Source: Vicugna vicugna (lineage: Eukaryota). Taken from it: a DNA stretch of 64,000 nt. The stretch spans positions 868,001 to 932,000 of the forward strand of contig MU061560.1 in NCBI GenBank assembly GCA_013265495.1. The letters run 5' to 3'. Positions within the stretch are counted from its first letter, which is position 1. The number at the start of each line of letters is the position of its first letter. The position numbers and the translations under genes were made by a program. Under the pieces are notes generated by a model. The model saw only the letters and a program-made list of their open reading frames with translations, ran no database searches and was not told the DNA's origin. This document shows positions 36,455 to 49,368 of this stretch, one piece after another.

Positions 36455-36800
36455 GATAGAATCTTAGGGTAGGAAGGGAATTTAAGAGGTCATCTATTCC
36501 ACTAACCCATCTCCCAATAAGACCACACCTAATCCTATTTTGAAATATGATATTGTTTTGTTTTTTAAGACTCCCAGGAAAATAGGTAATACAACTTTTT
36601 CAGGTGTCCAATTAATGTAAAACTGTCTGTTAGGTAGGAAAACCTTTCATTCTGGTTTATATTGTCTCTTGTTTCTTAGCAGAAATTCAGTGTTTTGTGT
36701 TCCTTCTTCTCTCATCTCATCCATTGGATACACTTTTTATATCTTTGAAGTAGGTTGTTTAACTAATCTCTAAACTCTAATTTCCATCCTAAATAATTGT
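36455..36800. mobile_element. Possible L3/CR1 (or MIR3) remnant
   Basis: 'tagaatcttagggtaggaagggaatttaagaggtcatctattcca', 'aactgtctgttaggtaggaaaacctttc'. Confidence 0.4.
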
Positions 36801-37511
36801 AGTTTTTCTAATATTTCCCCACAATTATTTTTCTGCTTTTTAAGCATTTTCTTCAATTAAAAACAAGTCTTTTCCAAATTTCACATATCATTCATTAGCC
36901 GTTATGCCCAGAAAAATTATACTCCAGGGTTATTTACAAAGAGTTGGAGGATTTTGGACCTTTGCAGAGAAAGATAATAAGGAAAACTTAATAATTTTGC
37001 TACCATTCACTGCCATTTTATGCATTGAAGCCATATTAAAAGGAAAGACAGGGGACAGTCATGAGAGGCAAAACCAAGGTGAAATGTCACAGATGAACGT
37101 CAATTTCGTGCAGAAGCGTGTGTAAGAAATTGGGTTGGGAAAGGGAGAAGTAGGATTTTTCACAGATCTTGTCTTGTCTGGGCCTGATCATTAGGTACTA
37201 AATGTGCTTCACTGAGATGGGTGTGGTTAGTAGAGAAAAATGAAGAAAAATCTTCCTCCATGAAGCCTGCCTGCTACTTATCAGTGTGATCAGAACCTAA
37301 TTAATTCCAGTGTAACGAGAAACGTATGTCAGCACCCCTACCCTCCACTTCCTGTTATGTGCTGTGGTGGTGTTCTTGTTTACAAACCTTGTTACCTTCC
37401 TGTTTAACAGTCATCCTGTTCCTTGTAGTCATGCTTGCAGGTCACCTAGCCTTCTCCACACAGGGTCTGTGGTTGTGGTTCTTGCTATATGTACGCACCA
37501 CCATAGCTCAC

Positions 37512-39758
37512 GTAATCCAGTTGTGTGTTGATTGGAACTTGAGATGCTTCCATGTCTTGGCCATTGTAAACAGTGCTGTGAACATTGGGGAGCATGTATC
37601 TTTTTGAATTTGAGCTTTCACTTGGTTTGAATATATAGATGTGTTTTTCAGTTTTTAAAGGAAGCTCCATACTGTTTTCCATAGAGACTATCAATTTACA
37701 TTCCCACAAATAGCATAGGAGGGTTCCCTTTTCTCCATATCCTCTGCAGCATTTGTTATTTGTAGACTTTTTGATGATGGCCATTCTGACTGGTGTGAGG
37801 TGATACTTCATTGTGGTTTTGATTTGCATTTTTCTGGTAATTAGCAATATTGAGCATATTTTCATGTGCTGGTTAGCTATCTGCATGTCTTCTTTGGAAA
37901 AATATCTATTTATTCTGCCCATTTGTTGATTGGGTGGTTTGTTATCTTGATATTGAGTGGTATGAGCTCTTTGTATATTCTGGATATTAACCCCTTGTTG
38001 GTTGCATTGTTTGCAAATATTTTCTCCCAGTCCCTAGGTTGTGTTTTAGTGATTTTGATGGTTTCCTTTGCTGTGCAAAAGCTTTTAAGTTTGATTAGGT
38101 TCCATTTGTTTATTTTTGTTTTTATTTCTTTTGCCTTGGAAGATTGATCTGAGAAAATATTGCTATAATTTATGTCAAAGACTGCTTCCTTAGATTTCTC
38201 TTCTAGGAGTTTTATGGCATTATGTCTTACATTTAGGTCTTTAAGCCATTTTGAGGTTATTATTTACATGGTGTGAAGCAATGTTGTAATTTCATTGCTT
38301 TACATGTAGCTGTCCAGCTTTCCCAACACTGCTTTTTCAAGAGTCTTTTCTCCATTGTATATTCTTGCCTCCTTTGTTGTAGATCAATTAACTATACAGG
38401 TGCATGGGTTTATTTCTGGCCTTTGTTCTGTTTCATTGATCTATGTGTCTGTTTTTGTGCTGACACCGCTGTTTTAATTTCTGTAGCTTTGTAGTACATT
38501 CTAAAGTCTGAGTGTTGGATACCCCCAACGTTGTTCTTTTTGTCTCGGGATTGCTTTGTCAATTCTGGCTCCTTTGTGGTTCCAATGTAAATTTTAGAGT
38601 GATTTGTTTTAGTTCTGTGAAAAATGCCATGGGTACTTTGATAGGGATTGCTCTGCATCTGTGGATTGCTTTGGGCACTACGGACACTTTAACAATATTA
38701 ATTCTTCCAATTCAAGAGCATGGGCTATCTCTCCATTTCTTTGAGTCATCTTCAACTTCCTTTATCGATGTTTTATAGTTTTTGGCATATAGGTCTTTCA
38801 CCTCCTTGGTTCTGTTTGTTCTTAGGTGTTATGTTTTTCTGATGCAATTTTAAACAGGATTTTTTAAAAACTTTTTCTGATATTATTAGTGTATAGAAAT
38901 GCAACATATTTATGTATATTAATCTTATATCTTGGTATCTTGCTGAATTTATTTATTACTTCTAATAGTTTTTGTGTGGAGACGTTAGGGTTTCCTGTAT
39001 AGAGTATCATGTCAGCTGCAAATAGTGACAGTTTTACTTTTTTCTTTCCAATTTGGATACCTTTTGTTTCTTTTTCTTCTGTGATCGCTGTGACTAGGAC
39101 TTCCAATACTACCTTAAAGGAAGTGGTGAGAGTGGGCACTGTTACCTTATTCCTGAATTTAGCAGGAAGGGTTTCAGCTTTTTTGCTGTTGAGTATTATG
39201 TTGGCTATGTGTTTTGTCTTAAATGGCCTGTATCATGTTGAATATGCTTCTTCTATACCCACTTTGATGAAAGATTTTTATCATGAATGGATGTTGGATT
39301 TTGTCTAATGCTTTTTCTTCATCTATTGGGATGATTATGTGGTTTTTGTCTTTTCTGTTGTTAATACGATGTATCGCATTGGTTGATTTGCATCTGTTGA
39401 ACCATCCCTTATAACCCTGAAATCCAACTTGATCATAGTGTGTGTTTTTTTAATGTATTGTTGGGTTTGATTCTCTAATACTTTGTTGAGGATTTTTGCA
39501 TCTATTTTCATTAAAGATATTGTCTGTAATTTTCTTTCTTTCTTTTTTTTTCTAGTATATTTGTCTGGTTTTGGTATCAGGATAATGGTGGCCTTGCAGA
39601 ATGAATTTAGGAGGGTTCCTTCCTCTTCAAATTTTGGGAATCGTTTGAGAAGAATTGGTATAAGCTCTTCCTTATATGTTTGGTAGAATTCTCCAGGGAA
39701 GCCGTCTGGTCTTGGACTTGACTTTTCTTCTCTTCTCTTCTCTTCTTCTTCCCTCCCT

Positions 39759-39811
<53 letters not shown>

Positions 39812-42800
39812 GACTTTTCTCTACAGGGAGTTTGTTTTTCAATTACAGATTTTAACTTCTTGCGATCAGTCTGTTCAAATTGTCTGTTTCTTCTTGACTC
39901 ATTCTTGGCAGGCTGTATGCTTCTAGAAGTTTGTTAATTTCCTCTACGTTGTCCAATTTGTTGGCATATAACTCTTTATAGTAGTCTCATAATTTTAAAA
40001 ATTTCTGTGATATCAGTTGTTACTCTCTTCTTTCATTTCTTTTTATTTTTCTTTCCTTTTTTTATTTTGGGCCTCTCTCTTTTCTTCTTGGTTAGCCTGG
40101 TTAAAGATTTGTCAATTTTGTTTATATTTGCAAAAACCTCATTTGGTTTTAAGCATCTTTTTCATTTTTTCATTTTTATTGTATTTATATCCTCTCCGAT
40201 CTTTATAATTTCCTTCCTTTTGTTGACATTGGGCTTAGTTTGTTCTTCTTCTAATTGTTTGAAGTTGTTTATTTGAAATTTTTCTTGTTTGCTGAGGAAG
40301 GCCTGTATCACTGTGAACCCTCCTCTCTTAGAACTGCTTTTGCTGCATCCCACAGATTTTTGTAAAGTTGTGTTTACATTTTCGTGTGTCTCAAGGTATT
40401 TTCTGATTTCTTCTTTGCGTTCACTGTTGACCCACTGGTTATTTTAAAAGGGTGTTGTTCAGTTTCTACATGTTTGTTCTTTTCTCATTTTTTCTTTCTG
40501 TAGTCAATTTCTAGTTTCATACCATTGTGCTTGGAAAAAAATATAATTTCTACACTCTTAAATTTGTTGAGCCTTGTTTTGTAACCTACTGTGTGGTCTA
40601 TCCTAGAGAATGTTCCATGTATGCTTTTAAAGAATGTGCACTTTTCTTTTATTTTGGTTATATTGTCCTGTAGATGCCAATTAAGTCAAATGGGTCTATT
40701 GTGTCCTTTGGGACTTCTGTTGCTTTATTGATTTTCTGCTGGGATGATCTGTCCATTGATGTCAGTGGGGTGTTAAATTCTACTACTATTGCATTATTGC
40801 CAATTTCTCCTTTCACCTCTCTTAGTTTGCTTTATGGATTTAGGTACTCCTCTGTTGGGTGCATATATGTTCATGTGTAATAACCTCTTCTTGTATTGAT
40901 CTCTGTATCATTATATTGTGCCTATTTTATCTTTTGTTATGGCCTTTGTTTTAAAGTTTACTTTGTCCAGTATGAGTATTGCTATCTCTGCTTTCTTTTC
41001 CTTTACATTTGTCTTTTCTCATCCTCTCAGTTTCAGTCTGTATGTTTTTCACCCTGAAGTGAATCTAATGTAGGCAGCATACTGCAGGTTCTTGTTTTGT
41101 TTTGTTTTGTTTTTAAACCCAATCAGCCACTCTATTTCTTTTCATCAGAGAATTTAGTTCATTAACATTTATAGTAATTATTGATAGGTATGTACTTAAT
41201 GCCATTTTATTCCTTTTTTTCCAGCTGTTTTGTAGTTCTTTTCTGTTCATTTCTTCTTTCCATTTTTCCTTTTGTGATTTGATGATTTTCTTTTGTAGTA
41301 CGATTGAGTTTCTTTAATTTTGGTTTTTGTGAACTTACTATGTTTTTGATTTGTGCTTATTCTGGGGTTCATGTATGTTGAACCATAATTATATCTACTT
41401 ATTTTATGCTGATCATCATTTAAGTTCAAACAAATTCTAAACAGTACTTTTACTCTTCTTCCAAACATTTTGTAATTTTGACGTCTAATTTTACATCTTT
41501 ATACTTATTTTTTTATGGGTTATTGTAGTTATAATCACTTTTACATTTTTTTTTGTTTGTTAATCTATGTACTGGCTTATTTAAATGATTTTCAGTCCTT
41601 ACTATATATTTGCCTTTCATATTGAGATTTTCCCTTTTTTGTAGATTTTTGCTTTTTTTTTTTTTCTGCTTAGAGAAGACACTTCAATCCTTCTTTTCAG
41701 GTAGTTTTAGTATTGCTTAATTCTTGTAGTCTTTGGCTGTCTGAGAAATTCTTTATCTCTCCTTCTATGCTAAATAATAGTCTTTCTGGGTAAAGTATCC
41801 TAGGTTGCAGGTTTTCTTTTCCAAACTTTGAATATATCATGGCCTTCAAAGTTTCTTCAGAGAAATTAGCTGATAGTCTGATGGGGGTTCCCTTGTAAAT
41901 GACTCTTTTTTTTTTCCCTTGCTGCCTTTAGAATTCGCTCTTTTTCTTTAACATTTACTATTGTCTTGGTGTGGGTCCGTTTGAGCTTGTCTTGTTGGGA
42001 CCCTTTGTGTTTCCTGTACCTGGGTCCATGACTCTGCTCAAATGCAGCCCCAGATTTATTGCCAACCTCTGGCATGGAGTTGGGGGGCCAGACTACTAGC
42101 TCAGCTGGGAGATGGACTGTGGTAAGCTGGCCTTCTTCTCCCAGGGCCTGTCAGCCCCAGGTCCAGTGCCAACTTGTGATGTGAAGTGGGTGGACTGCAG
42201 CTTGCAGACATGCTGGTTCCCAGTGCTGCTCCAGTAAATGCTGGTAATTGCCTTGTGCTGCTCCCCCCCCTACCCCAACCTAGACCACATCTTAGGCCTT
42301 TGAACTATCTCTGTGTAGCTAGACTGAGTCTTTTCCCAGGGCATGGCTGGCGCAGATGTTGTGACAAGCTGTGGTACGGAATGAGCAGGGCTGGGGATTT
42401 GCTCACTTAGAAGGGGGGATGCAGCAAGGGCAGCAGTCGTCAGTGCAAGTCTTTCTGCACCCTGTTTTTTGGCAAGCCAGCATCCACACACTCTTCATGA
42501 GTGGAGTCAAGGCTTCTCCAGCCCTTCTATCTGCTCAGTGAGTTCTTCCAGCAGTCAAGGGGGCTTGTCTCCACTGTGTAGGACCCCAGGACTAGGATGT
42601 CCAGTCTGTGGCTTGACCCACTCACTCCCCAGGGTGAGAGTCTGCTGATGCAGACCTTCTCGTCCTTTCAGACCTATCCCATGGGTGAAGCTCCTGACTT
42701 TATGCCTTTCTTCCATCTTACCCAGTTGTGAAAATCTTGCTTGCAACATTGATTGTGTAGGAATTCTTCTGCAAATTTCCAGTTATATTTCCATGAAAAT

Positions 42801-42888
42801 TGTTTCATATATAGGTGTAGTTTTCATGTGTTTGTTGAGGGAGGTGAGCTCCATGTTTTCCTACTCCACCATATTGATCCACCCTCTC
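37512..42888 (-). mobile_element. Near full-length degenerate L1 (5' UTR, partial ORF1, ORF2; 3' UTR missing)
   Basis: 5' terminus 'gagagggtggatcaatatggtggagtag' (decayed aagatggcgg YY1-type motif); RT peptide KGIQIGKKKVKLSLFAADMILY at 38864-39139; many stops and frameshifts. Confidence 0.93.
39723..39811. repeat. Compound pyrimidine microsatellite (TCT/CCCT/CT/CTTT)
   Basis: Direct read. Confidence 0.95.
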
Positions 42889-45800
42889 TTTATTTGTTGT
42901 CTGTTTGATGATAGCTATTCTGGCGGTCTCATTGTGGTTTCAACTTGCATTTCCCTGATAGTGATTTTGAGCATCTTTTCATGTACCCCTTGATCATCTG
43001 GATGTCTCTTTTGGAGACATATCTGTTCAGCTTTTTTTTTTTTAAATTTGGTAATTTCTTTTGCTGATGTTGAGTTGTGTGAGGTCTTTGTATATTTTTA
43101 GTGTCAACCTCATATCAAATATGTAGTTTGCAAATACATCCTCCCATTCAGTAGGTGGCATTTTTGTTTTGTTGATAGTTTCCTCCACTGTGCAAAAGTT
43201 TTTAGTTTAATTTAGTTTCATTTTTTTATTTTTGCTTTTGTTTCCCTTGCCTGAGGAGACGTATCCAAAAATATATTACTAAGACTGATGTCAATGTACT
43301 GCTTATGTTTTCTTCTATAAGTCTTACAGTTTCTGGTCTTACACTTAAGTCTTTAATCTATTTTGATTTTCTTTTTTTGTGCATGGTTTGATAGAATAGT
43401 CCCATTTGATTTGTTTGTATGTAGCTGTCCAGTTTTCCCAAACCATATATTTAATAGGCTGTCTTTTTGCCCATTGTATATTCTTGCCTCCTTTGTCATA
43501 AATTACTTGCTCATGTTATTGTGGGTTCATTTCTAGGTTCTTTATTCTGTTTCATTGATCTATGTGTCTGTTTTTGACAGTGCTGTACTGTTTTGATTAC
43601 TGTAGCTTTGTGTTATAGTTTAAAGTCAGAAAGGATGATACTTCCAGCTTTGTTCTTCTTTCTCAAGATTGTTTTGACTATTAGGGTCTTTTGTGTTTTC
43701 ATACAAATTTTAGAGTTATTTGTTCTAGTTCTGTGAAAAATACCATGGATATCTTGATAGAGGTCACATTGAATTTGTAGATTGTGTTGGGTACTATGGT
43801 CGTTTTAACAAGATTAAATCTTCCAGTCCATGAATCCGTGGTATAAATTTCCATTTCCATTATGTTATCTTTAATTTCTTTCATCAGGGTTTTATAGTTT
43901 TCTGACTACAGTTTTTTTACTTCCTTTTTTGGATTTATTTTTAGCTATTTTATTCTTTTTGTTGCAGCTGCGAATGGAATTATTTTCTTAATTTCTCTTT
44001 CTGGTAGTTTGCTGCTAGTGTGTAAAAATGTAGCAAATTTCTGTATATTAATTTTGTGTCCTGTAACTTTATTGATTTCATTGATGAGCTTTAGTAGTTT
44101 TTTTTTGGTGGTGTCTTTAGGATTTCATATGTATAATATCATGTCATCTGCAAAGACTGACAGTTATATTTCTTCCTTTCCAATCTGTGTTTCTTTTTAT
44201 TGTTTGAGCTGCAGTTAGGACTGTCAATACTATGTTAAATAAAATGGGGAGAGTGGGCTTCTTGCCTTCTTCCTGTTCTTAGAGGACTTGTTTAAATCTT
44301 TGCACCATTGAATATGATGTTATCTGTGGGCTAGTCATATATGGCCTTTGTTCTGAGGTATGTTCCCTCTATGCCTGATTCTGAAGAGCTGTTATCATAA
44401 ATAGATGTTAACTTTGTCAAAAAGCTTTTTCTGCATCTATTTAGATGATCACATGATTTTTATTCTTCAATTCGTTAACTTGGTGTATCACATTGATTGA
44501 TTTGCGGATAGTGACCCATCTTTGCATCCCTGGTATAAAATCCACTTGATTAGTCTGTGTGATCCTTTTAATGTATTGTTGGATTTGATTTGCTAGCATT
44601 TTGTTGAGGACTTTTGCATCTATGTACCCCAGTGATATTTTCCTGTAATTTTCTATTTTTATGTGATGTCTTTGTCTGGTTTTGATATCAGAATAATCCT
44701 GCCCTCAGAATGAGTCAGAAGCATTATTATTATTATTATTATTGAAACCTTTAGAATAATCTGAGAAGAATAGATGTTAACTGTTCTTTAAATATTTGGT
44801 AGAATTTACCTGTAAAGCCATCTGGTCCTGGACTTTCATTTTTGGGGGAGTTTTAAAATTACTGATTCAGTTTCATTACTAGCAATTGATCTGTTTGTAT
44901 TTTTTATTTCTTCCTGATTCAGTCTTGGGAGATTGTAGATTTCTAGGAATTTTTCCATTTCTTCTTTGCTGTCCATTCTATTGGTGTATAATTGTTCATA
45001 GTAATCTAATATAATCCTTTGTACTTCTGTAGTCTTGGGTGGTGGCTGTAACTTCTCCATTTTTATTTCTGATTTTATTGATTTGGGCCCACTCTCTTTT
45101 TTTCTTCATTAGTCTGGCTAAAGGTTTATCAATTTTATTTATTTTTTCAAAGAATCAGTTCCTAGTTTCATTGATCTTTTCTATTTTTTTCAGTCTTTAT
45201 TTCATATATTTCTCTCTGATCTTTATGATATTGTTCCTTGTATTAACTTTGGGTTTTGTTTGTTCCTTTTGGTGTAAGGTTACATTATTTATTTGAGATT
45301 TTTCTCATTTCTTTAGGTAGGCCTATATTGCTATAAAATTTCCTCTTAAAACAGGTTTTCCTGTGTCCCTGAGTTTTTGGATTGCTGTGTTTTTGTTTTC
45401 ATTTGTTTTAGGTGTATTTTTATTTCTTCTCGGATGTCTTCAGTCAACTATTGGTTGTGTAGCTGGACATTGTTTAGCCTCCATATATTTCTGTTTTTGG
45501 AGTTTTTTTTCCCTTATAGTTGATTCCTAGTCTCTGTTGTTGTTTTTGAAAAAGAAAGTTGATATAATTTCCATCTTCTTAATACTGAGACTTGATTTGT
45601 GGCATAGCATGTGATCTATCCTGGAGAATATTCCACAAGCACTAAAAAGGAACATGTATCTTTCTGCTTTTGGAAGGAATGTCTATATATCCATGTCATA
45701 TAACATTTTTTAAGGTAATTGTTTCTTTATTGATTTTCTTGTCTGCATGATCTGTCTATTGATATAAGTGGAGTGTTAAAATCCCCTGCCATTATTGTGT

Positions 45801-46172
45801 TACTGTCAGTTTCTCCCTTTATGTCTGTTAATATTTGGTTTATGTATTTAGATGTTCCTATGTTGGGTGCATACATTTTTACAATTGTCATATCTTCTTG
45901 TTAGAATGATCCCTTTATAATTATATAACGTCTTTCTTTGTCTCTTGTGACAGTCTTTGTATTAAAGTCTCTTGTCTGATATACGTATTGCTACTTCAGC
46001 TTTCTTTCATTTCCACTTGCATGGGACACCTTTTTCCATCCACGCACTTTTAGTCTGTATGTGTCTTTAGATCTGAAGTGACTCTCTTGCAGGCAGCATA
46101 AATGTGAATCTTATTATTTTTTTTTAATTCATTCAGCCACTCTAAATCTTTTGATTGGAGCATTTAGTCCTC
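42889..46172 (-). mobile_element. Second degenerate L1 ORF2 with internal deletions
   Basis: Peptide EVQRIILDYYEQLYTNRMDSKEEMEKFLEIYNLPRLNQEEI at 44836-45060; ends at the ORF2 start region 'ttgattggagcatttagtcc'. Confidence 0.92.
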
Positions 46173-47209
46173 AACCATTGTCAGTAAAGTTCTCTGAGTC
46201 ACGTGGACTCACTTGTCAGATGTAGATGCTGCAATGGTGCCCAAATTAAGAATCTACTTTACAGAATAGGACATGAACATGTAAGGTCAATTTCTAACTT
46301 AAAAAAACTTATTTATCACAAAAATTTATAAGTTATATGATCATAAAAATTCTACGGCAATAAAGAATTTAGAGCCAAAGGCTTATGATTTGCTATATTT
46401 ATAAATGTTATTAAATGTAAATTTAACTCATAAGCATGTTAAAGAATAAAAGCTTATTATATATCTATGCTCCATTGTTTTTCTTATAGCATTCTATGGA
46501 ATCCATTTCCAAATTTCAAAGCCTTCATTCACTTTTTACTTTTAAATCTTAAAAAGACAACCCTTAAAAAGTATAAAGCCTAGTATTTCGCCATTGCTTA
46601 AGGATTGATAATCTGTTTTGAGTGTTATCCTCATCTTTTGCTTTAAGATAGACATTAAACATGTTATTAATCTCACTCAGAGAGTAGAATGAATGGGAAC
46701 TCCAATCCCTAAAGTGACAAATTTGCACTCTACTTTTTTGTTGATTAATGTAAGTTGATGATAATGCATTATTATTTTAAACAATCCTTAGTTTCTTGTT
46801 ATTTTTATTGATTTATTATTAAAATTTTGTTTGTCCCTTTATTTTGTTGTTCATTTTTATAAGGTACTTTCAGTTAGGAATCCTAACTAAAATGGATTCT
46901 AAAGAAAAGATTTTTTGTTAATGTTTCTCTGCTTCAATTTTAGTAGGTTTTATACAAGGTTAAGTCGAACAGTATCCCTTATTATGACTTTTTTTTTTCT
47001 GTTTGACTAAACTGACTCCTGTAGCCTTTTTTTTCACCTATAAAATAAATTTCCAATGACCATTGATTGAACTTATGCTATATACTTTGGGCAAATTATA
47101 GTTTGTGGATATACATAAATCGTGCGGAAGGACATTGACTCCTCTGCCTTTCTGATCTGCAAAGGAGTTGTTTTGGCTAGATTTTATCTGTAAATTAACC
47201 TATAATTTA

Positions 47210-47575
47210 TTATGTAATTAGGTCTGCTAGTTGCCCATCAAAATTTTTTCTTTCTTGCTTCTCAGTTTCCCTGGCAGTGAGGTATAACCACAGAACTAAA
47301 GTTTTTTTTCCAATGAGCAGAAATTGCTGGGCCACTTCTGGGCCTCATCCCCTTTTCACAGACATGCTGTTATTCAGCCACTACTAGGCATAATTGGGCA
47401 TTGTACTAGGGGACCCCACAGAACCAAGACGGAAGGAATTAGGCTCCTTAATAACAGCTTGAAACAAAGCTGCCAGCCTGACCTTTCTGAAATGTAAGAG
47501 AGAAATGAGTTTCTTCATCTTCCCCTTGTCACTGTATTGTATCATCTTCAAGACACAGTTTTAACCTAATGTATT
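47210..47575 (+). mobile_element. Ancient ERVL LTR remnant (LTR16-like)
   Basis: 'cagtttccctggcagtgaggtataaccacagaactaaag..ccaatg..ccacttctgggcct' and 'aagagagaaatgagtttc'. Confidence 0.5.
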
Positions 47576-48189
47576 TCCATTGTTCCATATCTGAAAATAA
47601 TTCCAGAATGTTATTGTGACTTTTTTGAAGTTGATTTTCTTATTATTTCTACAAGACAAATTAGGCATTTTCAGAATTATATTCTTGCTTTAGAAGCCAC
47701 AGGCAGCTAGTTAAATATATTGGGATAAAGTGAATCCATCACTCTGCAAATATTTACTAGTCTCGCTGTTATGTGCTTACCACCACTGTGTCAAATTGGG
47801 GGGCTATGAAAACCCTACATGAAGTCATTTCTGCTTACTTTGATGGAAAATAAACATTTTCAATTGTGTTGTAAACTTAAAGTATACGTTTTAAGTGATA
47901 ACTTTACTGAAAACATTAGTTGAACTCATTACGTACACCATATGAGACAGTGTGAGTAAAAATAGAAGACGTGTTCCTCAAAGAACTCACAGAAGAAAAA
48001 TAATAGTATTTAAATATACTTTGCAATTGGCTTTTGATAAATGCTGATTTCTTTAACTGCAATACAATTCAATAGAGTAGAGTTATCACACCTTTTTATA
48101 GCTGATGAAATGGAGCCATATTAGGTTAATAACAATCTTGATCATAATAATGATAATAGCTTTGTTTATTAATTACTGTGAGCTCCTGC

Positions 48190-49010
48190 GCTCTTCTTGA
48201 GTCAAACAGCGTTGGAGTGGGTGGAATAAATACAAAATCGGGATGTTCCGTTGGGATCTGAGAGAAGCAAGGGCATCTCATGCCTGTTTCATGATGGAGC
48301 CTGAGAAAGCAGCAACACATCAGGGGATAGTTTTATAAAACTTCCTGTGTCCCAGTGAGGAGCAAGGATAGTAGAATAATTCCTAAGCAAGGACGCTGGG
48401 TCCACAGTGGGTCCCGGGCGACACAAGAGTGAAGGGCTGTTCCCAGTGAGCCAGAGAGGAGTGTGAAAGTGACATGAGGCCTTAGCGCCCTAACTTCCCT
48501 TGTGCCAGTGTCACGTGGGCAGCTTCATGGTTACTCACCTGCACCTGAAACAGCAGACTAAGCTCAATCCCGGAGAAGCTTTAGGGCAGGATTTAGGCTT
48601 GAGAAGCGGCAGCCTGTGTGGGCTTACATCTAAGATAGGTCAAGAATAGGGATCCATGCAGATGCCAGAACAGGCTTCCTGCATCTGATACCTTCCTCTC
48701 TGTGCCCCGGGGCCACACAAGGCCAAGTCCTCCCCCCACTACAACGTGGGCAACACCCCAGGGTAAAAGGGGTTTTCCTTCTGCAGTGCCTGGGATTATG
48801 TTTTTACCACCCCTTAGAATAGGCTGCCACGTGTAAAAGAGGGTTTTTTTTTTAATCCCTTCTCTCCACATGAAAGCGTGGGGTTGAGGGCTTCTATACC
48901 CCCTTGCACGTTTTGTTAACTCCTCCACAAGCAAAAAGAAATGATTTATCTCTTGGTGAGACAGTAAGGGTCTTGTGTTCACGTTCCTCTCTTGAGTGGG
49001 GACGTGGAGT
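48190..49010. promoter_or_regulatory. Candidate enhancer or promoter with an E-box/CGTG cluster
   Basis: CACGTG 48512 and 48828; CACGTT 48907, 48980 and 48743 (reverse); GCGTG 48876; ACGTG 49002; TGAGTCA 48198; raised GC and CpG. Confidence 0.45.
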
Positions 49011-49308
49011 TAAACATCCTTCTCACAAGGTGCCCTGCCCTACTTCTCTCTCTGGGTGAAGACACTGGAACTTTCTTTCTTCTCATTTTTCAATTTATTT
49101 CCATTAATTTTCTGGTTGTGACTCTTAGGGGACGACATTTCCCTTCTCATTTGTGAAACTGTCTCCCAGTTTAAGGAACTCAGTGTTAAGGTGCAAAGCT
49201 GGCCATTGTGCATCCCTTTTACTCTACTCCAAAACAGACTCGTTTACCTTTGGGAGGGATCAACTGAGCATGTCCAGGACACTTCTCTTTTCTTTTCTCT
49301 TTCAATAG

Positions 49309-49368
49309 GACTGTCTTCACAGAATGGTTCTCTTCAGCCCTTCTGTGGCTCAAGTCTTACCTGTGCCT
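49309..49368 (+). other. Exon-like 60-nt segment (unassigned)
   Basis: Long pyrimidine tract 'cttctcttttcttttctctttcaatag|' and donor 'CCT|gtgagt'. Confidence 0.35.

Noticed and set aside
37512..42888. Potentially active full-length L1
   Set aside because: ORF1 is half deleted, ORF2 has many stops and frameshifts plus a microsatellite insertion, and the 3' UTR is absent.
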